Below, piece after piece: positions 16,902 through 24,000 of a DNA stretch of 24,000 nt; position 1 is the stretch's first letter, and every line of letters starts with the position of its first letter. Made by a program: the position numbers and the translations under genes. This DNA comes from Variovorax sp. H27-G14 (GTDB lineage: Bacteria > Pseudomonadota > Gammaproteobacteria > Burkholderiales > Burkholderiaceae_C), in assembly GCF_046156345.1 (NCBI RefSeq), contig NZ_JAYLVN010000015.1, positions 87,170 through 111,169 on the forward strand, written 5' to 3'. The notes under the pieces are model-generated. The model searched no databases and was not told the DNA's origin. It was given only the letters and a program-made list of their open reading frames with translations.

Positions 16902-17528
16902 CGAGGCCCGGATGCGGTCGGCCAGGCCGGCAATGAACACGTCAAGGCCGAGCGCGAAACGCTCTTCCACGTCGGTGTGGAACAGCGCGTCGGCGCATGC
17001 GAAGACAGCAGGAAACTTGCCGCTCGACAGCGCGAGGAATTCCGCCTTGTTCTCGACCGCGTCCATGCCGTCCGCGGGCCACAGCGCCTGCTCTTCCATC
17101 ACGAAGCCGAGCACGTAATACATCATGCCGAAGGCCCCCCACGACGCGAGCTTGTGGCTGGCGCCCGCGCCCAGCAGCGGCGCCAGCATGGCCTCGCCCA
17201 TGCGCAGTGTGTTGTCCGAGGTGACGTAGGTGCCCGCGTACACGCGCGCGCCGTCGCGGTGCGCCAGCAGGCCCTGGCGCAGCTGCTGACCCACCGCGCA
17301 CACCGCGTCCTGCCACGGCAGGCCCTCGGCCGGCGTGCGCGCCACGCCCTCGACCAGCGCGTCGGCCATGCCGTCGATCAGTGCCTTCTTGTTGGGAAAG
17401 TGCCAGTAGAGCGAAGGCGCCTGCACCTGCAGGGCCTGTGCCAGCGCGCGCATCGTGAGGCCGTCGAGCCCGTGCTCGTCGAGCAGCACCAGGGCGGTGG
17501 CGATGATCTGGTCGCGCTGGATTCGCAT
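16890..17528 (-). CDS. TetR-class transcriptional repressor (tetracycline-repressor-like C-terminal domain)
   Basis: HTH LTMRALAQALQVQAPSLYWHFPNKKALIDGMADAL is collinear with TetR(B) [32 protein letters not shown]. ATG at 17528. 212 aa. Confidence 0.88.
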   Translation of the reverse strand: MRIQRDQIIATALVLLDEHGLDGLTMRALAQALQVQAPSLYWHFPNKKALIDGMADALVEGVARTPAEGLPWQDAVCAVGQQLRQGLLAHRDGARVYAGTYVTSDNTLRMGEAMLAPLLGAGASHKLASWGAFGMMYYVLGFVMEEQALWPADGMDAVENKAEFLALSSGKFPAVFACADALFHTDVEERFALGLDVFIAGLADRIRASKKK

Positions 17529-17560
17529 TGTGTCGCTGTGTTCAATCGGTGGGGGTAAAT

Positions 17561-17573
17561 CTAACGCTGTCAG
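17561..17573. promoter_or_regulatory. Third copy of the CTAACG-NN-GTYAG motif, in the tetR / M20 peptidase divergent region
   Basis: CTAACGCTGTCAG lies 33 bp upstream of the tetR ATG. It is preceded by AATCGGT-N6-AAAT, as at 16045-16057. Its right part TGTCAGTGTAG resembles a tetO half-site (TATCAGTGATAG). Confidence 0.45.
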
Positions 17574-17673
17574 TGTAGCCAGCGGCTTGACCCGTTCGCG
17601 GCGCGGGTGATAGCCTGCCGCGGCCCTTACGACCCTTGCCGACCATTTTCGACAGCCCATAAGAACGGAACAC

Positions 17674-18960
17674 ATGACGACTCGCACGCGCCTCATCGCC
17701 TCGACTTTCTCCCTGCCGACCCACTCCCGCCGCTTGGCGCGCAGCGCCTGCCACGGCGCCGTGTTGGCCTGTGCGTTGCTCGCAGGCAATGCCATGGCCC
17801 AGAAGCCGCACCAGGGCGCGCTGGACGCGGCCACGCAGAGCAAGGACGAGGCGCTCAAGATGCTGGAGCGCATGGTCAACATCGACTCGGGCTCGGCCAG
17901 CACCGAGGGGCTGGACAAGGTGCGCGAAATGGCGGTCGATGAACTGCGCAAGCTTGGCGCGCGCATCGAGACCTTTCCGGCCGACCCGCACCCGGGCACC
18001 AACGTGGTCGCCACGCTGACGGGACAGGGCAAGAAGAAGATCCTGATCCTCGCGCACATGGACACCGTGTTCAAGGAAGGCACGGCCGCGGCCAAGCCCT
18101 TCTACATCAAGGACGGCCGCGCCTACGGCCCGGGCGTGATGGACGACAAGGGCGGCGTGGTGGCGGGCCTGTATGCGCTGAAGATCCTGCAGCAGATCGG
18201 CTTCAAGGACTATGGGCAGATCACCTTTCTGCTCGACACCAACGAAGAGGTCGGCTCGGTGGGCACCAGCGCGCTGATCGAGCGCATTGCCAAGCAGCAC
18301 GACGTGGCGCTCAACCTGGAGCCGGGCCGCCCGGCCGACGGCTTGGTGGTGGAGCGCAAGGGCTCGGCCACCGCGCTGCTCGAAGTGAAGGGCGTGGCCG
18401 CGCATGCGGGCGTGGCGCCAGAGGCCGGCCGCAACGCGGCGATGGAGCTGGCGCACCAGGTGCTGCAATTGTCGAAGACGGGAGACGCCGCGAAGAAGAC
18501 CACGGTCAACTTCACCGTGCTCACGGCCAACGGCCCGACCAACGTGATTCCGGCGGCGGCCAGTGCCAAGGCCGATGTGCGCGTGGCCACGCCCGAGGAG
18601 TTCGACCGCGTCGAAAAGGACATGGTGCGCATCGCGCAGAACAAGCTCATTCCCGAGACCGAGGTGCGCGTGCGCCTGAGCCGCGGCCTGCCGCCCATGC
18701 CGCGCCTGCCTTCGTCCGACAAGCTGGTGAAGATGGCCGAGGGCATCTACGCGGAGATCGGCAAGAAGCTGACCATCGAGAGCAGCGGCGGCGCGGCCGA
18801 CGCGAGCCTGGTGGCCGGCGTCGGCATTCCGGTGCTCGACGGCTTCGGCATCGTGGGTGGTGGCATCCACACGCCGGAGGAGTATGCGGAGGTAGAGAGC
18901 GTGGTGCCTAGGCTCTACCTGCTCTCGCGCATGCTGATGGATCTGTCGGCCAACAACTGA
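17674..18960 (+). CDS. cpg2: Secreted M20-family glutamate carboxypeptidase (carboxypeptidase G2-like)
   Basis: Signal peptide ending ...LLAGNAMAQK. Motifs ILILAHMDTV, YGPGVMDDKGG, DTNEEVGSVG, GVAAHAGVAPEAGRNA, and C-terminal PRLYLLSRMLMDL. It is collinear by eye with CPG2 as I recall its sequence. Confidence 0.85.
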   Translation: MTTRTRLIASTFSLPTHSRRLARSACHGAVLACALLAGNAMAQKPHQGALDAATQSKDEALKMLERMVNIDSGSASTEGLDKVREMAVDELRKLGARIETFPADPHPGTNVVATLTGQGKKKILILAHMDTVFKEGTAAAKPFYIKDGRAYGPGVMDDKGGVVAGLYALKILQQIGFKDYGQITFLLDTNEEVGSVGTSALIERIAKQHDVALNLEPGRPADGLVVERKGSATALLEVKGVAAHAGVAPEAGRNAAMELAHQVLQLSKTGDAAKKTTVNFTVLTANGPTNVIPAAASAKADVRVATPEEFDRVEKDMVRIAQNKLIPETEVRVRLSRGLPPMPRLPSSDKLVKMAEGIYAEIGKKLTIESSGGAADASLVAGVGIPVLDGFGIVGGGIHTPEEYAEVESVVPRLYLLSRMLMDLSANN

Positions 18961-18964
18961 ACGG

Positions 18965-19669
18965 TCAGCCGCGCTTGGGAATGTTCAGGCCCCGGGTTAC
19001 CGCGGGGCGCGCCACGAAGGCTTCGAGCACGCGCGCCACGTTCGCAAAGTCCTTGAAGCCCACCAGGTCGCCAGCTTCGTAGAAGCCGACCAGGTTGCGG
19101 ATCCACGGGAAGGTGGCGATGTCGGCAATGGTGTAGTCGTTGCCCATGATCCAGGCGCGGTCGGCCAGGTGCTTGTCGAGCACGCCCAGCAGGCGCCTGG
19201 ACTCGGCCACGTAGCGGTCGCGCGGGCGCTTGTCTTCGTAGTCCTTGCCGGCAAACTTGTTGAAGAAGCCGAGCTGGCCGAACATGGGGCCGATGCCGCC
19301 CATCTGGAACATCACCCATTGCAGGGTTTCATAGCGACCTGCGGCGTCCTGCGGAATGAACTGGCCGGTTTTCTCCGCCAGGTACATGAGGATGGCGCCT
19401 GATTCGAACAGCGGCAGCGGCTTGCCGCCCGGACCGTCGGGGTCGAGGATGGCCGGGATCTTGTTGTTCGGGTTGAGCGACAGGAACTCGGGCGACATCT
19501 GGTCCTGTGTTTCGAAGCTCACCAGGTGCACTTCGTAGGGCAGGCCGGTTTCCTCCAGCATGATCGACACCTTCACGCCGTTGGGCGTGGGCAGCGAATA
19601 AAGCTGCAGGCGCTCGGGGTGCTGGGCGGGCCACTTTTTCGTGATGGGAAAGTGCGAGAGATCGGTCAT
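18965..19669 (-). CDS. Nu-class glutathione S-transferase (YfcG/YghU-like)
   Basis: LYSLPTPNGVKVSIMLEE...SPEFLSLNPNNKIPAILD...PLFESGAILMYLAEKTG...LQWVMFQMGGIGPMFGQ...YTIADIATFPW is collinear with E. coli YfcG. ATG at 19669 follows AAGGAA. Confidence 0.88.
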   Translation of the reverse strand: MTDLSHFPITKKWPAQHPERLQLYSLPTPNGVKVSIMLEETGLPYEVHLVSFETQDQMSPEFLSLNPNNKIPAILDPDGPGGKPLPLFESGAILMYLAEKTGQFIPQDAAGRYETLQWVMFQMGGIGPMFGQLGFFNKFAGKDYEDKRPRDRYVAESRRLLGVLDKHLADRAWIMGNDYTIADIATFPWIRNLVGFYEAGDLVGFKDFANVARVLEAFVARPAVTRGLNIPKRG

Positions 19670-19792
19670 GGATGTTCCTTGTTCCTGGATGAGGGGCGGC
19701 CAAGCGCCGGATTCTGCCCGGCTGCGCGGCGCGGCGTGCGCGCATGGAATTGCGGGCACGCTGGCCGCGACAACGTCTCTAGTCCTGGGAAA

Positions 19793-19844
19793 GTTGTCGG
19801 GGCAGGTTGTCGGGGCAGGTTGTTGGGCCGGGTGTTCAGGGCGC
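19793..19844. repeat. 13-bp tandem repeat (gttgtcggggcag)
   Basis: Two perfect units (19793-19818), followed by the degenerate units gttgttgggccgg and gtgttcagggcgc. Intergenic. Confidence 0.85.
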
Positions 19845-19943
19845 GTGCGAATGAGGCCGGGTGGTCCCCTCCGCGAATGTCCCCCGGGGCTGCGCCCCTC
19901 CTCCTTTATTTCGCTGCGGGGACCACCCGACCTCATTCGCACG
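19844..19943. repeat. REP/MITE-like palindromic element, copy 1 (26-bp stem around a 48-nt core)
   Basis: cgtgcgaatgaggccgggtggtcccc (19844-19869) pairs with ggggaccacccgacctcattcgcacg (19918-19943) with one mismatch. The core 19870-19917 contains the GGGGC-tgc-GCCCC and GCGAA/TTCGC sub-stems. Confidence 0.85.
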
Positions 19944-19987
19944 AGAAGCGCGGCTGTTGTTCCGCTCGATCAACCAGAGCACTGACA

Positions 19988-20093
19988 CGCTCACGCCGAT
20001 GGGGTGCCTTGCGCAGCGAAACAAAGGAGGAGAGGCGGTAGCGCGCAGCCCCGGGGGACATTCGCGGAGCAAGGTACCCCGTCGGCGTGAGCG
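19988..20093. repeat. REP/MITE-like palindromic element, copy 2 (inverted orientation, 25-bp stem around a 56-nt core)
   Basis: cgctcacgccgatggggtgccttgc (19988-20012) pairs with gcaaggtaccccgtcggcgtgagcg (20069-20093); the two differences are G-T/T-G wobble-compatible. The core 20013-20068 is the reverse complement of the copy-1 core with 2 substitutions and an ~8-nt insertion. Confidence 0.85.
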
Positions 20094-20197
20094 CGCTACC
20101 GCCCTCGATAGCTCTTGCCGAGAACCTCGATACAGCAGCCCCAGACTCACCGGCCGCAAGCTGCACCCTCGCAGCGCGCGACCGGAGACCTTTCGCT

Positions 20198-20896
20198 TCA
20201 AGCGCGGGGCTTGCGGGGGGCCTTGACCGACGTGACCAACGTGGTGGGTGCAGCGACAGGTGCCGCGAACAGGCGCGAGATGGCCTGGCGCACGTCGGTC
20301 TTCATGGCATCGATGGCGGTGGCATCGCCCGACAGGTGCTTGAGCAGCGCCTGTTGAAAGAGCCCATCGAACAGCGCGTAAGTGGCCGATGGCGGCATGC
20401 CGCTCGGCGCGCCCGAGAGCTCGGCAAAGCGGCTCATGATGCGCCAGATCATGTCTTCCAGGCTCTTGTCGATCTGCACGACATCGGCGCGAAAAGCCTC
20501 CTCGAACAACGCCTGCGAACGCAGGTCGTACCACAGGCGGTGCACATGGCCTTCGTCGCGCAATGTGTCGCCAAGGCTCTGCAGGAAGCCTTCCATGAGC
20601 TCGTCGTAGGTGGTGGCGCCTTCCACCGCGTGGTCGTAGCGCGTGACGCAGCGCGCCTTGTACTGCTTCACGCTGCAGATGATCAGGTCGACCTTGTCGC
20701 TGAAGTAGTAGTGCAGCACGCCGTGCGAGAACTCGGAGTTCTGCGCAATCTCGCGCAGGCTGGTGCGCGCATAGCCGAGCGCGGCCAGTGTGGTGAGTGC
20801 GGCTTCACCGAGTTCGGCGCGCCGCTCGGAGAACTTGTCGACACGTGCCTTGGGCACCCGCGCTGTGTGTTTGCTGACCCGTTGATGTGTCGTCAT
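20198..20896 (-). CDS. TetR/AcrR-family transcriptional regulator
   Basis: HTH ALTTLAALGYARTSLREIAQNSEFSHGVLHYYFSDKVDLI. ATG at 20896. 232 aa. It is divergent from the SDR operon. Confidence 0.85.
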   Translation of the reverse strand: MTTHQRVSKHTARVPKARVDKFSERRAELGEAALTTLAALGYARTSLREIAQNSEFSHGVLHYYFSDKVDLIICSVKQYKARCVTRYDHAVEGATTYDELMEGFLQSLGDTLRDEGHVHRLWYDLRSQALFEEAFRADVVQIDKSLEDMIWRIMSRFAELSGAPSGMPPSATYALFDGLFQQALLKHLSGDATAIDAMKTDVRQAISRLFAAPVAAPTTLVTSVKAPRKPRA

Positions 20897-21027
20897 TGAA
20901 AGCCTGGTCGCCTGCCTGCCGACCGTGTGTTCTTTGGTGTGTTCTGCGTTGCCGCAAACCATAGCACGCAAGCGGGAGAACCCGCATCCGGCTTGGTACG
21001 GATGCCATTTTTCTGAAACCTGGACAT

Positions 21028-21050
21028 GTGTCAAGAAAAAATCTTGACAC
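21028..21050. promoter_or_regulatory. Perfect 9-5-9 inverted repeat, probable operator of the adjacent TetR regulator
   Basis: GTGTCAAGA-aaaaa-TCTTGACAC, followed by an extra half-site ccGTCAAGtc (21051-21060). It lies 63 bp upstream of the SDR ATG, in the divergent intergenic region. Confidence 0.6.
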
Positions 21051-21112
21051 CCGTCAAGTCGATTTCTAGCATGACCGCTCCATCTCATAAACATACTGAC
21101 AGGAGACAAGCG

Positions 21113-21925
21113 ATGGCCAAGTTCGACTTGAAAGGGCGCAAGGCGCTCGTGACGGGCGGTGCGCGCGGCATTGGCGCAAGCATTGCCGAAGCGCTGGCGG
21201 CAGCGGGTGCCGCGGTGATGATCGGCGACGTGCTCGCCGACCTGGGGCGGGAAACCGCTTTGCGGTTGTCAGCGTCGGGGGCGAAGGTGGGCTTCGTGCC
21301 GCTGGACGTCACCCAGGACGCCGACTGGGCGTGCGCCACCGAAACCACCGTGAAGGAGCTGGGCGGTTTCGACATCCTCGTGAACAACGCGGGCATCGAG
21401 ATCACCTCGCTGGTGATCGACGTGAACGGCGACGACCTGCGCCGCATGCTCGACGTGAACGTGGCCGGCACGCTGCTGGGCATGAAGCACGCGTTTCGCG
21501 CGATGCGCCCTGGTGGCATCTCGGGCATGTCGAACGGGGGCGGGGCGGTGGTGAACATCGCTTCGGTCGCGGCCACCATCGCGTTCCCGGCCATCGCGGG
21601 CTACTCGGCCACCAAGTCGGCCGTGGACCGCGCCACGCGCGTGGCGGCCATGGAGTCCGGCAAGCTGGGCTACGGCGTGCGCGTGAACTGCATCTACCCG
21701 GGCCTGGTGCCCACCGACATGGGCATGAAGCTGGCCAACGACATCGTGGCCGCGGGGCTGGCGCCCAGCGTGGAAGCGGCCGTGGGCGACGTCATTGCGC
21801 AGACACCGCTCGGGCGCCTGGGCGAGGTCGGCGACATGGCCGACGTGGTGGTCTTCCTGTGCAGCGACGCGGCCCGCTTCATCACCGGCGCGGGCCTGGC
21901 GGTGGACGGCGGCATGGGCATGTGA
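21113..21925 (+). CDS. Short-chain dehydrogenase/reductase (SDR) family oxidoreductase
   Basis: AGGAGA RBS. TGGARGIG cofactor motif, NNAG, and catalytic S...YSATK. 270 aa. Confidence 0.9.
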   Translation: MAKFDLKGRKALVTGGARGIGASIAEALAAAGAAVMIGDVLADLGRETALRLSASGAKVGFVPLDVTQDADWACATETTVKELGGFDILVNNAGIEITSLVIDVNGDDLRRMLDVNVAGTLLGMKHAFRAMRPGGISGMSNGGGAVVNIASVAATIAFPAIAGYSATKSAVDRATRVAAMESGKLGYGVRVNCIYPGLVPTDMGMKLANDIVAAGLAPSVEAAVGDVIAQTPLGRLGEVGDMADVVVFLCSDAARFITGAGLAVDGGMGM

Positions 21926-21951
21926 ACACACGAACACCAAGGAGACACAGC

Positions 21952-23109
21952 ATGAGCAACAGCATGAACAACAGCACGAGCAAGAAGAACAAACCCGTCG
22001 TCGTCTACGGCGCCTCCGGCTACACCGGGCGCCTGGTCTGCGAGTACCTGCGCGAGTACAACATCCCCTTCATTGCCGCGGGCCGCAGCGCGCAGAAGGT
22101 GGACGATGCCATGAAGTCCCACGTGCCCGGCATCGAAACCGCGAGCCACGATGTGGTGGAGGTCGCGCATTCGGTGGCCGCGCTCACCGAGCTCTTCACC
22201 GGTGCATCGGTCGTGCTCAACACCGTGGGGCCCTTCGCCAGGTTCGGCACCGAGGTGGTCGAGGCCTGCCTGGCCGCCGGCTGCCACTACACCGACACCA
22301 CGGGCGAGCAGGACTGGCTCATCACGCTAGAGCAGGCCTACGGCGCCAAATTTGCCGCCGCCGGTCTGCTGCTGTCGCCGGGCCTGGCGCACATGTACAC
22401 CACCGGCGAAATTGCCGCGCAGCTGTGCCTTGAGACGCCCGGGCTCGACACGCTGGACATCGCCGTGTTCTGGGGCGGCAGCCCGACCATCGCGTCCACC
22501 CAGACCATTCTGGTGAACGCGGCCACCTCGAAGGCCTACTACCTGGAGCAGAACGAGTACGTGGAATGGCAACCCGACGCCGGTCTGTACCACCTGTCGA
22601 TTCCGGGCCAGCACGAGGCGGCGCTGGCGCTGCCCTGGGGCGGCACGTCGCACCCCGTGTGGTTCAAGCGAGATCCGCGCGTGGCCAACGTGAAGGTGCT
22701 GGGCGGCGTGTTCAACAAGGCGCTGATGCAGGGCGTGCCGCAGATCGTGGCCGCCGCGCTCAAGGCCACCGAGGGCATGAACGAAGACGACCGCTATGCC
22801 GCGCTGTCCAAGACGGCATCGAGCGTGATGAACACCATGCCGCCGCGCGAGAACCCGCGCATCAACAAGTCGGTCGATTCGGTGCATGCCTCCGGTCCGC
22901 TGGGCCGTGTGCACTGCGTGATCTTCGGCAACTGCAACTACAAGCAGACCGGCTTGCTGCAGGCCTATGCGGCGGCCTCGCTGCTGCAACAGGCGCCGCG
23001 CCGCGCCGGCTTTGCCTCGGGTTGTCAGGCCTTCGGGCATCGCGAGCTGCTGGGTGCGCTGCGCAGCTTCGGGTTGGTGCAGGAGCCCGTGCTGACGCGG
23101 CTGGGCTGA
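21952..23109 (+). CDS. Saccharopine-dehydrogenase-like NAD(P)-binding reductase (trans-acting enoyl-reductase-like family)
   Basis: GGAGA RBS. N-terminal Rossmann motif VVVYGASGYTGRLV, then VVLNTVGPF and GCHYTDTTGE motifs typical of the Sacchrp_dh_NADP family. 385 aa. Confidence 0.75.
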   Translation: MSNSMNNSTSKKNKPVVVYGASGYTGRLVCEYLREYNIPFIAAGRSAQKVDDAMKSHVPGIETASHDVVEVAHSVAALTELFTGASVVLNTVGPFARFGTEVVEACLAAGCHYTDTTGEQDWLITLEQAYGAKFAAAGLLLSPGLAHMYTTGEIAAQLCLETPGLDTLDIAVFWGGSPTIASTQTILVNAATSKAYYLEQNEYVEWQPDAGLYHLSIPGQHEAALALPWGGTSHPVWFKRDPRVANVKVLGGVFNKALMQGVPQIVAAALKATEGMNEDDRYAALSKTASSVMNTMPPRENPRINKSVDSVHASGPLGRVHCVIFGNCNYKQTGLLQAYAAASLLQQAPRRAGFASGCQAFGHRELLGALRSFGLVQEPVLTRLG

Positions 23110-23114
23110 CGGCC

Positions 23115-24000
23115 ATGCGCCTCGTCGACTACCTCGACAAGGGTGCCCAGCTGGGCGCCCATTCGCCGTGTCTGACCCTGGGCGACACCGACCTGAGCTA
23201 CGCCCAGGTGCAGCGCATCAGCTGGCGCGTGGCGCGCGGCCTGCAGCGCGCCGGTGTGCGGCCGGGGGACAAGGTGGCCGTGCTCTCGAGCAACGACGCG
23301 ATGGCGTTCGCCACCGTGTTCGGCATTTCGCGCGCGGGCTGCGTGTGGTGCCCGGTCAACCCGCGCAACGAGGCGAGCGAAAACGCCTTCGTGCTCGACG
23401 CCTTCGATTGCGCGTGCCTGCTCTTTCACGGCAACTACGCGCCCATGGTCGAGCAGATGCGCTCGCAACTGCCCAAGCTGCGGGCGCTGGTCTGCCTCAG
23501 TGAGCCGCAGGCCTTCGCGCCCTCGCTGGACGAATGGCTGGAGGGCCTGGACGACTCGCCCCTGGACATCACGCCGCCCGACGACGTGGCCATGATCGCG
23601 GGCACCGGCGGCACCACCGGGCAACCCAAGGGCGTGATGCTTTCGGGGCGCAACCTGGAGGCGATGTCGGCGCTGACCTTGATGGGTTATCCCTTCGAGG
23701 GCCGGCCTGCTTACCTGGCGCTTGCGCCGCTCACGCACGCGGCGGGTGTGTTGTGTCTGCCGGTGATGGCGATGGGTGGGCGGGTGGTGATCATGCCCAA
23801 GCCGGAGCTGGGCGAGTTTCTCGGGCTGATCGAGCAGCACGGCATCACCCACACCTTTTTGCCGCCCACGCTGATCTACATGCTGCTGCAGCATCCGCTG
23901 CTGGCCACGGCCAGGCTCGATTCGCTGCAATGCTTCTGGTATGGCGCGGCGCCGATGTCGGCCGCGCGGCTCGAAGAGGCGCTGCAAAAAATCGGCCCTG
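23115..24000 (+). CDS. AMP-dependent synthetase/ligase (acyl-CoA synthetase), 5' part, truncated by window end
   Basis: My own translation from ATG 23115: MRLVDYLDKGAQLG...LSYAQV...GDKVAVLSSN...IAGTGGTTGQPKGVMLS (AMP-binding P-loop)...FWYGAAPMS. There is no stop before 24000, so it is absent from the ORF track. Confidence 0.88.
   Translation, partial: MRLVDYLDKGAQLGAHSPCLTLGDTDLSYAQVQRISWRVARGLQRAGVRPGDKVAVLSSNDAMAFATVFGISRAGCVWCPVNPRNEASENAFVLDAFDCACLLFHGNYAPMVEQMRSQLPKLRALVCLSEPQAFAPSLDEWLEGLDDSPLDITPPDDVAMIAGTGGTTGQPKGVMLSGRNLEAMSALTLMGYPFEGRPAYLALAPLTHAAGVLCLPVMAMGGRVVIMPKPELGEFLGLIEQHGITHTFLPPTLIYMLLQHPLLATARLDSLQCFWYGAAPMSAARLEEALQKIGP

Noticed and set aside
17561-17580. Interpreting CTAACGCTGTCAGTGTAG as a single 18-bp palindrome, or as a true tetO.
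   Set aside because: Only the outer 3 bp pair in the 18-mer. The tetO resemblance is limited to one half-site (TGTCAGTGTAG against TATCAGTGATAG). The 13-bp motif shared by three sites is the better-supported unit.
19793-19844. Possible CRISPR array (short direct repeats).
   Set aside because: The units are 13 bp and directly contiguous with no spacers. There are only two perfect copies, and no cas genes are in the window.
19836-20534. ORFs predicted across the 19.7-20.2 kb intergenic region (19836-20534 -, 19861-20226 +, 19933-20166 -, 19526-20041 +, 19641-19985 +).
   Set aside because: They read straight through the palindromic repeat elements in both orientations (same peptides such as RGTFAEG... 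/ ...PPRMSPGAAP...). They lack RBS or start context. They are best explained as translated repeats.

Overview
High-GC (roughly 68-70% by eye) proteobacterial chromosomal segment. The gene content and a carboxypeptidase-G2-like gene suggest a Comamonadaceae/Variovorax-like betaproteobacterium, but that is inference only. Positions ~590-16900 are the non-NRPS half of a peptide-hydroxamate siderophore locus. It holds a TonB-dependent receptor with an N-terminal signalling (STN) domain, a PvdA-like ornithine N5-oxygenase, a PvdF-like formyltransferase and an FhuF-like ferric-siderophore reductase. A tightly coupled plus-strand operon follows: PvdE-like ABC exporter, divergent Fur-family paralog, MacA/MacB/NodT-type tripartite efflux pump (PvdRT-OpmQ-like) and two small ORFs. 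The locus ends with a convergent FecR-like anti-sigma / FecI-like ECF sigma pair and a SIP/ViuB-type reductase. No NRPS is present in the window. The remainder (16.9-24 kb) is ordinary accessory metabolism: TetR, secreted M20 carboxypeptidase (CPG2-like), Nu-class GST, a ~530 bp repeat-filled intergenic region, then TetR, SDR, a saccharopine-dehydrogenase-like reductase and an acyl-CoA synthetase (truncated by the window end). The most interesting items: (1) two translationally coupled ORFs, each consisting only of a FecR N-terminal sigma-binding-type domain; (2) a Fur paralog with a degenerate metal-sensing site embedded in the export operon; (3) back-to-back identical ECF-type promoters (TGAACA-N14-CCGTC) in the fhuF/pvdE divergent region; (4) a 13-bp motif shared between the SIP/sigma intergenic region and a TetR promoter; (5) nested palindromic repeat elements with a conserved core but different stems. 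No rRNA, tRNA, CRISPR array, transposase or integrase was seen. All protein calls rest on motif recognition by eye; no database search was possible.
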